Below are positions 48,838 to 59,700 of a stretch of DNA of 64,000 nucleotides, in pieces; the first letter of the stretch is position 1; each line of letters opens with the position of its first letter. The position numbers were made by a program, and so were the translations under genes. Source of the stretch: Camelus dromedarius (lineage: Eukaryota); contig NC_087450.1 of NCBI RefSeq assembly GCF_036321535.1, positions 9,238,001 to 9,302,000 on the forward strand. Reading direction: 5' to 3'. The notes below the pieces were generated by a model. The model made no database searches. It was not told the origin of the DNA and saw only the letters and a program-made list of their open reading frames with translations.

Positions 48838-49745
48838 ATGGGAGGAGTCATAGGAAGAACACTCTTGGACATAAATCACAGCAATGTATTTTCTGAACTA
48901 GCTCCTAGAGTAATGGAAATAAAAGCCAAAATAAATAAATGGGATCTAAATAAAATTAAAAGCTTTTGCACAGCTAAGGATACCATCAGCAAAACGAAAA
49001 GACAACCTACAGTATGGGAGAACATATTTGCAAATATTGTGCAAATGATGTGACCGACAAGGGACTAACTTCCAAAATACACAAACAGCTCATACACCTT
49101 AATATATTAAAAAAAAAAACAAACAAGCAACCTAATCAAAAAATGGACAGATGACCTAAATAGACATTTCTCCAAAGAAAACATAGAGATGGCCAACAAG
49201 CACAAGAAAAGTTGCTCAACATCACTAATTGTTAGAGAAATGCAAATCAAAACTACAATATTGCCTCACACAGGTCAGAATGGCCATAATTAAAAAGTCC
49301 ACGAACAATAAATGCTGGTGAGGGTGTGGAAGAAAAAGGAACCCTCCTACACTGTTGGTGGGAGTATAAATTGGTGCAGCCACTATGGAGAACCGTATGC
49401 AGGTTCCTTAAAAAACTAAAAATAGACTTACCATATGACCCAGCAACCCCACTTCTGGGCATATATCCAGAGAAAAATATAATTCAGAAAGACACATGCA
49501 NNNNNNNNNNNNNNNNNNNNNNNNNNNNNNNNNNNNNNNNNNNNNNNNNNNNNNNNNNNNNNNNNNNNNNNNNNNNNNNNNNNNNNNNNNNNNNNNNNNN
49601 NNNNNNNNNNNNNNNNNNNNNNNNNNNNNNNNNNNNNNNNNNNNNNNNNNNNNNNNNNNNNNNNNNNNNNNNNNNNNNNNNNNCAAGTGAAGTCAGTCAG
49701 AAAGAGAAAGAAAAACGCCATATGACATCGCTTATATGTGGAATC
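48838..49745 (+). mobile_element. L1 ORF2 3' fragment, partly masked
   Basis: [30 protein letters not shown]...[45 protein letters not shown]. Confidence 0.9.
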
Positions 49746-51279
49746 TAAATATATATATATGTTTAAAGTACTGAAAGAAAAAAAACACCATACAAGAATA
49801 CTCTATCCAGCAAAGTTATACTTCAGTAATGAAGGAGAGATAAAACTTTCCCAGACAAACAATAGCTCAGGAAAATCATCACCAAAACATAGAGAATTTT
49901 CTTGGTTTTGTATAAATATTCAAATCCAAGCAGGAATGTTTAAGAACCTCTGGGGTACAGACAGCGATGCCCTGAAGTCAGCATGCACCAGCTCATGAGA
50001 ACCTACTGTTAAATTTTCAGAAATTTTGCAAGCCAGTTTTTTAAAATTCACATTCCAAAAAAATAAATTACGTAACCTTAAAAATAAATTTCTTCTTTAG
50101 CTAAAGTTTTTCTACAGACAAAAGGCAGGTCAAGGACATGGAGATGGAGGGGGAGTTCTGTCCTGGGAAGGTCCCATAGGTCTTGCTCCATTTCAGAAGG
50201 ACTTATCCAAAATACATAAAGAACTTATACAAGTCACAAAGAAAATGACAGAAAATGAGGTTTTTTAAATGAGCAGAAGATCTGAAGAGGCACCTCATAG
50301 TAGAAAATACTCAAATGAGCAATTAACTTCTGGAAGCCAAAATAGGAAACAACTGCAGACATAAGAATGACTAAAATTTAAAAAGACTGAAAATTTAAAA
50401 CAAGAAGAAATGGGAGGAGTAAGATTATATATTCATATTTGCCAAGCGAGAACCAGTAACAAGGGTTACGTGCGGTGTGCAAGGAAGAAGGAATGGATGG
50501 GAAGAGGGGTGAGGAGAGGTTTCTCAGTGCACAGTCTTCACGTTGTTTTGATTTCCGAATCACGCCAATGCATTTCTATCAAGAATAAGAACAAGAAATA
50601 GAAGATGAAATGAGGGAAAAGGGGGCAGTGGTGGAGAGGTTGCCCAGTTCCTCCTTTCTACCATTAACTCCCCACCTCCATCCCACCAACAACTTCATGG
50701 ATCTCTCAGGTTGTGTTTCATTTTGAGGTTAACTGGGATAAACATAACCCTCCAATAGCTCTCTCTCTTTACATGGATTCACTTAATATTCCTAACAACC
50801 TAATCAGGTAGACTCTATCACTAACATCCTCATTTTACAAAAGAGCAAACAGAGGCTGTGAGAGGTTAAGTCACCGGCCTAAGATCTCACGCAGCCAGTA
50901 AATCGAATTTGAACCCATTGTCTATCAAATCCTGGCTCTCCTAACACCCTTGTACAAATATCTCTGAACATTTGCTCTGTTAATTTTTTCATCACTTTTG
51001 GCTACATTATTAGAAGCGGGTGAACTGGGTCAAAGAACTTGCACTTTTAATGTTTTCTTTGCTTTTTTTTAAATTAAAGAATCCAAAATGTCATTATGTA
51101 AATTTGCATTATTTTACATTTCCACCATAAGGGCGTGAGAATGCCTGTATCTTCATACGATAGGCAATATAGAGCAGCAGCAAAATTTAATCTTCTCCTT
51201 AAGCTACCTGACGAAATATGGTTTATCACTATTGTTTTCATTAGCTGCTTAGTACTGAAAAGCTCAGCGATCCTCTGGG

Positions 51280-51900
51280 GGACCCACCGGCCCAACGCAA
51301 GGGCGCTCCCCGGCGCTTGTGCGCCGTCCGCCCCCGCCTGGGGAGCGCGCCGGCCGCCGCGCGCCGCCCTCCTCTGGGCCCTAATCGGGTTCCCAGGCGC
51401 AGTGCGCACGCGCGCGCTTCGCCCCAGGCGTCCAGCTTTGTGCCTGATCGCTGTCTCCACGGCCGCGTCCGGGGGGCAGCTTTTAACCCGGGCTGGTCTT
51501 CGGGGAAGAGCAGCGTGTCCCCCGGACCCAGCGCGCCTCTGGGCCTCAGCGGCGAGAGGGCCCGGGGCGGGGGATCCTGCGGGTGTCGGGCGGCGCGTCG
51601 GGCAGCCCACGCGGGCGGGGCGGGCCCCCCGCTCGGGCCTGGGCGTCAGTCGCCGGTGGGGCCGGAGCCCGGCGCGGAGCCCCTGGCAGGACAGGTACGG
51701 AGGCGGCGACGCTGGCAACCGTCTCCTCCCCACCCCGTGTCGGCAAGGCTCCCAGCGGTGCACTGGGGGCTCGGCGCGCGGCGGGGCGCGGCCGGGAGCC
51801 GGGGGCGCGGGGCGGGGGCGTCGGGGATGGAGGCCCGCGGCGGGGGTGGGCTCCCGCCTGGGTCTGGGCCGGTCCCACCCGCCCGAGCGCCCTAGCCTGG
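51280..51900 (+). promoter_or_regulatory. CpG island with candidate non-coding first exon (donor CAG|GTACGG after 51694); probably the distal promoter of the next gene, by synteny DCTN1
   Basis: Very high CpG density and many GC boxes (e.g. gggcggggcggg ~51613-51624), with a strong + strand donor. No recognisable coding exon in the window. The DCTN1 assignment is inferred from recalled human gene order only. Confidence 0.6.
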
Positions 51901-53104
51901 CGGTGTTCTCCCGGGGTCAGAGTGCTTGTGCCTCCCAGTTCTTCCGAAACTGCCAGGGTTCCTCTCCATTCCTGGGAGCGTCCGAGGCACCCCTGAGCCC
52001 ACTTCGAGCTACAGGTTTCCTGTGGGGCACATGGTTGAGAAGTTGTGTCAAACGGGGGAAAAAAAAAAACCCAAAACAACATAACAAAAACACAGCCCAG
52101 ATAGAGGATTCAAGCTTGGGGGCCTGGATGTGCGTTTAGTGTGTCTGTTTCCCATTCACTCCTGGGACCCGCCTTACCTGGAAGGATCATCTTGCGAGTC
52201 CCCCCAATGAAATCACTCAGACGAGGAACTCCGCTGTTGTTAAAGAGGCGGTGATGTGGAAACTTGCCTTCATTTTTACAGTGAGCAGAGCAGCACGCCC
52301 ATACGACTTACGAATACAGTGTGCTTAAGGTCCTGAGAGTCGAGGAGCTCTGAGGTGGAGACTGACACTCTTAACCTGACGCAGTGCCAAAGCCCAAGCC
52401 ACGGGACGTTAAGGATAGTAGTTAACGGTAACTGTTTTCAAAAGGCGTTTTGTGCTCAAATATGTTTAGAAACTTCATGGTTAAAGTTTTCTCTACTGTA
52501 GAATGTTTCAGTCTTCAGTATGCTAATGATATTTACCTTGAACTTCCCACTGGAAGTAAACAGTATGGAGAGTTTCCCAGGTTTGAATGGAAAATACTGT
52601 TTTTCTTGGGCACTGCTTCTGTTTAACATATGAAACGGTTTGGGAAATGGAGTTCCAGCATCGGCAACTCAAGGTTTGGAAGGGTGTAGTGTAGGTCAGT
52701 GCTTTTTGAACTTTAGTGGCGCATGCATATGCCTGAGCTAGCCTGCTGGAAAATGAGAAAGCCTGGACACCCTGTCACTTAGCCAACCGGACAACATGTG
52801 GAAAGGCTGAGACCAAAGGGTCTGCCCAGCCCAGCTCAGCGTAAGCTGCTGACCCACAGACTCATGAGCTAAAAAGAGTTTATTATTAATTTTTGGTTGT
52901 TTTTTATGCAACATTCTCGTGGCACTAGATAAATGAAACAGTAGCAACCCCGAAAAAGACTGAATAGAGCAGAGCCATTACATCCACCAACGCCGTCGGG
53001 TTCCCAAAGCGATTAGGTTTTTCTGTGCTGTCACCGTGAGACTTCCAGGTTTGCACGTTACTGCAGCGGAGCCAGTCCTTCCTGACTGATCCACAGGAAG
53101 CAGA

Positions 53105-53807
53105 TCACAGGCCCCCTGCCCGCCCCAGTGCCTCAGAGACCTGAGCAGAGGGGAGGCGGTAGGTAAACTGGATGCAAGGGAGAGCGACTAGCCTGTAGAT
53201 CATGGAGAAGAAGAACTGGCCCGTCTTCTGGAAGCCCACGCGCTGGTAGAGGGCCAGGGCGGAGTACTGCAGCGCACTGGTGCTGAGGACCACTTCACGG
53301 TAGCCCTGGTCCCGTGCGAACTGCAGGACCGCCCTGACCAGTGCTTTCGCGATCCCCTGACCGCGGTGCTCCGAGGCCCCACAGGTGAAACAGCTCCAAC
53401 TGCTCCTTTCGCACGGCGTGCTTCTTGACAGGCAGTGCTCCCACCATGCCCACCACCTGCCCCTCGGACTCCGCCACCCAGAAGCAGGAGCCACTCTCAC
53501 TGAAGTAGGATTTGCTGATGTCAGACATGTCTGTGTGCAAAGACATGACTTTACACTGGATCCAAGGGTATTTGGCAAGGAACCTCAGGGCAGCTAGGAG
53601 GCCGAGGCTGGCCACGAGGGCCAGGACCCAGGCGCCAGAGACCAGGAATAGGGCGAAGGGCCCTCCAAGCAAGAGCACAAGGGTTCGGGGCAGCTTCAGG
53701 ATGTGGCGGAAGGCAGTGGGGGTGTGCTCAGTCATCCCTTCGGAGAACAAGGCCACGACCCGTTTGCGGTCACTTTCCCTGTATTTGCGGATGTGGTAAG
53801 GAGCCAT
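53105..53807 (-). pseudogene. NAT8/camello-family N-acetyltransferase with a single frameshift (pseudogene or assembly error)
   Basis: ATG 53807: MAPYHIRKYRESDRKRVVALFSEGM...LPRTLVLLLGGP...[35 protein letters not shown]...LELFHL. The frame then shifts at 53381-53378, where 4 nt stand in place of 6. The other frame continues [26 protein letters not shown]...[12 protein letters not shown]...* at 53105. Confidence 0.88.
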
Positions 53808-54414
53808 GGGAGGCTTCTGTGTCTGAATCTCGAAGTTCAGGAGGAGAGCCAGGCTTCCCTGTACACCTTCCCAGCAGCCTTGGGGGAGAGAGAGGAAGCC
53901 AGGTGAGTTGCCCCATCCTCCCACCTCCCAGGAGCGGGCAGCTCTGCTCAAGGATGTGTCTTTCTGCTTCTACCCAAGAGAATGTGGCCACAGCCACTGG
54001 CAGAAGGCGTCCGGTCAGAGAGACCTGCGTTTGATGCCGGCTCTGCGCGCAACCTTGGGTGTGTTACATAATCCCTCTGAGACCCACCTTCTGAAGTTGT
54101 GAGGATTTAATAAAATAACATGTATAAGCTCAAGGCCTCCTCCCCTCCCCTCTGTCCCTTTTTGCTCACTCTCCTCTCAGCTTCTCCACACATGGGGGTG
54201 CAGCATGCTGCAGCCAAGCCTGTCCCCCACCCTTTGGTCCCTCTCCCACGGACTGCACACTGCAAGACTCCTGTGTTTCCAAACACAAGTTTCAGCAAAG
54301 GCTCCTTCCCCCTCGATGGCAAATTTTTAGGCTGTTGAGGTGGCATAAGAGCCAAACACCAAACATGGCCCAGGCCGCACTCAGAGCACTGTCCTTCCAC
54401 CCGCGTCCTCTCAC

Positions 54415-54580
54415 CTGCACAAGAGCCTTGAGTGTCCAGGGCAGCCTCAGCCTCACCTCTGTCCTCAGCCTCTGACTGGCATCCAAGAGAGAGTGTGCAG
54501 AGCCCGCTCCACTTCTGGGGATCAGGGCCTGGAGGGCCACCCCACTGGCTGACTCTGCACGTTCGTTAATCATAAACCCC
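54415..54580 (-). promoter_or_regulatory. Non-coding exon 1 and HNF1-like promoter site of the NAT8-like gene
   Basis: Donor GCAG|GTGAGA (exon ends 54415) pairs with an acceptor at ~53829. GTTAATCATAAAC at 54565-54577 is one mismatch from the HNF1 palindrome GTTAATNATTAAC. Confidence 0.6.
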
Positions 54581-56759
54581 AGGATGAAGGAGCCAGGCTG
54601 TGATAGCCCAGGCAGCCAGTTCTCCATTCTCTGATCACTGGGGGATTAGCCTGGAGTGAGGGCCGCAGGGTCTGGGACCGCTCATGGGTCCTCACGCTTG
54701 TGGACGGCCGACACTCCCCCGCCATGGCAGCTCACCTGGCACCTTGGTGCGCTCTGCTGTCCACCTCGGCCCCTCCAAACCGCTGCTGTGGACCTAGGGA
54801 ATGCTCCTCTCCCCCTGTGCTCTATCATCACAGGCCGGAGTCCAAGTCCGCTGGCTCAGCACACAAGGTCCTTCACAGCAGGGCGAGGATGGCAGGGGCC
54901 TGGCCATGCAGGGCCTATCATCAGGTTAAGGAGTTTGGAGTCTTTTCCAGGAGCAGCTGGAGGCCACTGCTGTGCTTTTAGCTGAGGAGAACCGTAACCA
55001 GAGACGGGGGTGCGTGTATGTGGTTCATGTGTGTTACTCTCCCTGCACGTGCAGACTGGTTTGGAGGAGGTGGAAATGGAAGCATATAGCCCCCGCCCCC
55101 CAGAGGCTAGTGCAGCAATCCAGGCAGAAGAAGGGCCTCTAGGTACAGGTATGCAGGTTGCTCACTGCGCAAGAACACCTTGGCAAGGAGGGCAAGTGGG
55201 GACTAGAATCAAGCCTGCTCTGCTCACCAGACCACGAGCTCTGGCACAGAGCTGAGTCTGGCCAAAGAAAAAGTCACCTTTTTCTTACTTGCTCAAAGGC
55301 ATTGCTGCCCCCTGAACTGTGCGTCCGATAGGTTGTGTCTGTGTGAAGGAGGGTTGCCTTGTTCTGTGTTCACAAAGAGCCATGTAGGCCGGCAGGAGTT
55401 AGGAGAGAAGTCAGTGGCTTGGGTGTGACCTGGCCTGCTTGGAGGTACATTTTAGGGGCGGAAATGGCAGGAGTTAGTGACTCTCCAAGGATGGAGGACG
55501 GGTCAGCAATGGCAGCCAGGTTTCTGGCAGGAGCGTCTAGGAGGACACTGGGGAGAGACCAGGCTAGGAGAGAAAGATCATGACAGCCCCAGAGGTGTCA
55601 TCCTGGCAGCTGGAATCCAGGGCTGGTGGCTGAAGGCTGCCGAAGCTCCAGATCTTTGGCACCCGGCAAGGCCACAAAGGTTTACCAGCCCGGGTGCTAA
55701 GCCATGGGTGCGTTACATCCTTTTCAGTACACTTTTAACATTTTCTTTAAATATTTCAATGATAAGCAAAATTTGAACTAGGACTCCAAAATGCAGTCGA
55801 GTATCCTTAATGAGTCTCTAATATTAACCAGTCAGAAACCAAATGGTCAAGCTGAGGGACCAGAGGTCTGTGATCTGTCCCTGCCCTCTCTTTCCTGTAT
55901 TCTCACCTGGCTTCTGTGGCTCCCTCAACACCCATGGCCTGGGTTTACCTTCAGGCCTTTCAGCTTTGCTCATAGCTTTGAACAATGATGACCAGGATTT
56001 ACTGACATGGAAAAACAATTGTCAAAAGAGAGCATCAAGCTGTGAAATGTTATGAAATAGTATGTTTTCATTCATTTTTTGGAAAAACATAACAAAAGTA
56101 ATTTATACCCAGCAGTATGCAGAGAGAAGGTCTGAATGGTTAGACCAGACGTCAGCAGCGGTCTCTCCGGATGGAGGATCTGTGGGCGATTCTGTGTAAG
56201 AGGTGAAGTCTGGGAGTCTCAGCCCAGGCTCGTGGCGCTGCTTTCAGATGATGAACCTGAGGCTTGGGGGTCTACCTGCCTCTGCCTCTGCCAGCTCTTG
56301 AGTCTAAAGAGACCCCAGTAAGATTGGGCGCTCCTACAGCTAAGGCAGGTGTGTCATTTTATTCTATTATTTTATTTTTAATTAACTATTTGCATGTGTA
56401 CAATTCAGTGGCATTTAGCACATTCACAATGTTGTGTAACCACCACTTCTATCTATATAAAGCATTTTCATCGCCCCTTAGGCAGCAGGCAGGCAGTCCC
56501 TATTTCCCCCTCCCCTGAGCCCCGGGCAACCTGCCTTCTGTCTCTGTGCACTGCCTGTTCTGGTTGTTTCGTTTAAATGGAGCCATGCAGCATGGGAGCT
56601 TTTACTTTCAGCTTCGTTCACTCCATTTTCAAGGTTCACCCATGTTCTGCCATGTGTCAGTACTGCGTTGCTGTTTCTTTGTAACACCTTTATTGTGGTA
56701 TGATTCCTGCACAGTAAACCACACATATTTCAGAGGTACAGTTTGATGAAGTTTGATAG

Positions 56760-59700
56760 ATGTGTACACCCATGAAGCCACCACCACAATCAAGACAGCT
56801 AACATTTTCATCACTCCTCAAGAGGTGCAGTTTTCAAACTCCTGATTTATCCCTTCCCACCCCCTTTATCCCCTGGTAGTCATAAGTTTGTTCTCTATGC
56901 TTCTAAGTCTGTTTCTGTTTTGCAGATAATTTCAGTAGTGTCCTTTTTTTTTTAGATTCCACATATAGGTGATATCATACGGTATTTTCCCTTCTGTTTC
57001 TGGCTTACTTNNNNNNNNNNNNNNNNNNNNNNNNNNNNNNNNNNNNNNNNNNNNNNNNNNNNNNNNNNNNNNNNNNNNNNNNNNNNNNNNNNNNNNNNNN
57101 NNNNNNNNNNNNNNNNNNNNNNNNNNNNNNNNNNNNNNNNNNNNNNNNNNNNNNNNNNNNNNNNNNNNNNNNNNNNNNNNNNNNNGTTATCTGTCGATGG
57201 ACATTTGGGTTGTTTCCCTGTCTTAGCTATTGTAAATAGTGCTGCTGTGAACACTGGGGTACATATGTCTTTTCACATTATATTTTTCTCCTGATATATG
57301 CCCAGGAGTGAGAATGATGGATCATATGGTAAGTTTATTTTTAGTTTTTTAGGGAGCCTCCATACTGTCCTCCATTGTGGCTGAACCAATTTTCATTCCC
57401 ACCAGCAGTGTAGGAGGGTTCCCTTTTCTCCACACCGTCTCCAGCATTTATCTGTGAACTTTTGAATGATGGCCATTCTGACTGNNNNNNNNNNNNNNNN
57501 NNNNNNNNNNNNNNNNNNNNNNNNNNNNNNNNNNNNNNNNNNNNNNNNNNNNNNNNNNNNNNNNNNNNNNNNNNNNNNNNNNNNNNNNNNNNNNNNNNNN
57601 NNNNNNNNNNNNNNNNNNNNNNNNNNNNNNNNNNNNNNNNNNNNNNNNNNACGTTTGAGTTGTTTCCACCTTTCGGCTGTTGTGAATAGTGCTGCTATGA
57701 ACATTCTGTACAAGTGTTTCAACACCTGTTTTCAGTTCTTTCAGCATAGACCTAGGAGTGGAATTGCTGGATCACGTGGTCACTCTAACAGTCTGAGGAA
57801 CTGCCAAACTGTACTTTCGCACCAGCAGTGAGTCTTGTTTTATTATCTGCCTCAGCAGATACGGGTGTGACCTGAGCGCTATGCCTGGTGCACATGGAAG
57901 AAGAGACAGCTGTTAGTCACCGAGAAGTTAGGTGCCTGACACTGTGAGAAAGGGCTTTTCCTATGCTGTGCTATTTGATGTTCATAACAAGCTAAGCACT
58001 AAGGTTGATACTGATGTTTCTGTTTTACTGAGGCCCACAGACCTGAGCTAGCCCACCCAAGGCCCTATAGCACATGGCAGGGTGACCGAAGCCTTGGCAG
58101 CTCTGACTCCAAGGCTTCAACATTTTGCTTTTTCCGTGCCACACGCTGACCCCGACAAGCAGGTGTCTGAGAAGTGTGTGAGTTATGGATCCGTGTAAAG
58201 CACTGGATGCCAGGAGAACCAGCTTTCCCTGGTGGGAGGCAAGATTCACCTCCAAGCCTCATCACGCCCCTGTCGTTGGTGGTCAGTGATCAGAAGTTGG
58301 CCAAATTCCAATATGTGCCTAAGGCTCTGTTCTTTCTTCAAGATCCAACTGAATGCTACCTTCTCCATCAAGATCTCTGACCCCTCCCAACCAGATGGAT
58401 CTTGTATCTGCTCCCTCTTTTGAAGCCTTTGCACTTCTCATTAAGCACTTATATTGCTATTAGTTACTTGCTTACCAACATATCATAGTTAATTATTAGC
58501 TAACTTATTAAAAAGTTAATTAGATTAGACATCAACAGTTACAAGCACCCTGGTAGATTTATTTTTCTGTTGCCCATAGGAACCTGTTGTAATAGGTAAT
58601 TATACCATTGGCATCACTGTTATTCCCACAGTTGTGGACTTGAGAGCAGCATGTCAGTGAAACCCCAGGCTTCGGTTTATGAAGAACTTGTCTGGTGGAC
58701 CAGCCCAGCCCAGAGAGGGGCCAGTGAGATGGAACGCAGTCAGGTGGCACTGTGGTTTGGAAATCTCAGAAAGAGGAGGAAAATGTCCTGGACAGAACAT
58801 CTCCCCTGACCTCTCATCAGGGCTCCCTATAGCCAGCCTCAGGTCAGCGCCCTGGGCTTCCACGGAGAACTCATAACAAAGGAGATGAGTGAGGGGAAAT
58901 AAGAAAATTATTTCAAGGGGAAGGAAAGCGGACTGACAGGTCATCCTTGGCAAGATGTTCAGAAATCCTAGGACAATGATTCCAGCTCTACAGAAATCTT
59001 TCTAGTCCAACTGAACCTTTTGACACATTCTCTGAGAAAGGGAGACGGTATCGGGTCCCAACTCTCAAATTAGGGTAACTCGAGCTGATTTTATAGATAT
59101 AGCTCATTAAAGGGACTAATTAAGAAGGTGTGGGTGGATAGAGGGGAACCAGGCACGTTATTGCTCAGAGGGCTGAAGCGAGATGGGAGAGGTGACAGGA
59201 ACCTGACCCAGGTGTTGAGCAGCGCAGACTGTCCTGGCAGGTCCAGGGCCAAAGCCAGCCTAGGGGACCTATCTTTTCAAGTTGGAGTTCCCTCAGGATA
59301 TATGCCCAGGTGTGGGATTGCGGGATCATATGGTAAGTCTATTTTTAGTCTTTTGAGGAATCTCATACTTTTTATTTTTAATTGAAGTACCATCAGTTAC
59401 AGTGTATCAATGTCTGGTGTACAGCACAATGTACCAGTCATGCACATACACACATATATTTGTTTTCATTTTTTTCACTAAAGTTTATTACAATATATTG
59501 AACGTAGTTCCCTGTGCTATACAGCAGAAAACATTTTTTAAAACCTATTTTTATATATAGCGGCTAACATTTGTAAACCTGAAACTCCCAAATTTATCCC
59601 TTCCCACCCTCCTTCCCTGGGAACCATAAGATTGTTTACTGTTTTCCATAACAGCTGCACCACCTACCTTCCCAGCAGTGCAGGAAGGCTCCCTTTTCTC

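Noticed and set aside
51074-52139. 334-aa, 229-aa and other long ORFs over the 51-kb CpG island
   Set aside because: The frames start in old L1-like AT-rich sequence and run through GC-rich low-complexity DNA, with no domain signature.
52879-52884. AATAAA (minus strand) as the NAT8-like poly(A) signal
   Set aside because: The distance is plausible, but it lies within an MLT-like LTR remnant and may be coincidental. Not supported enough to list as a feature.
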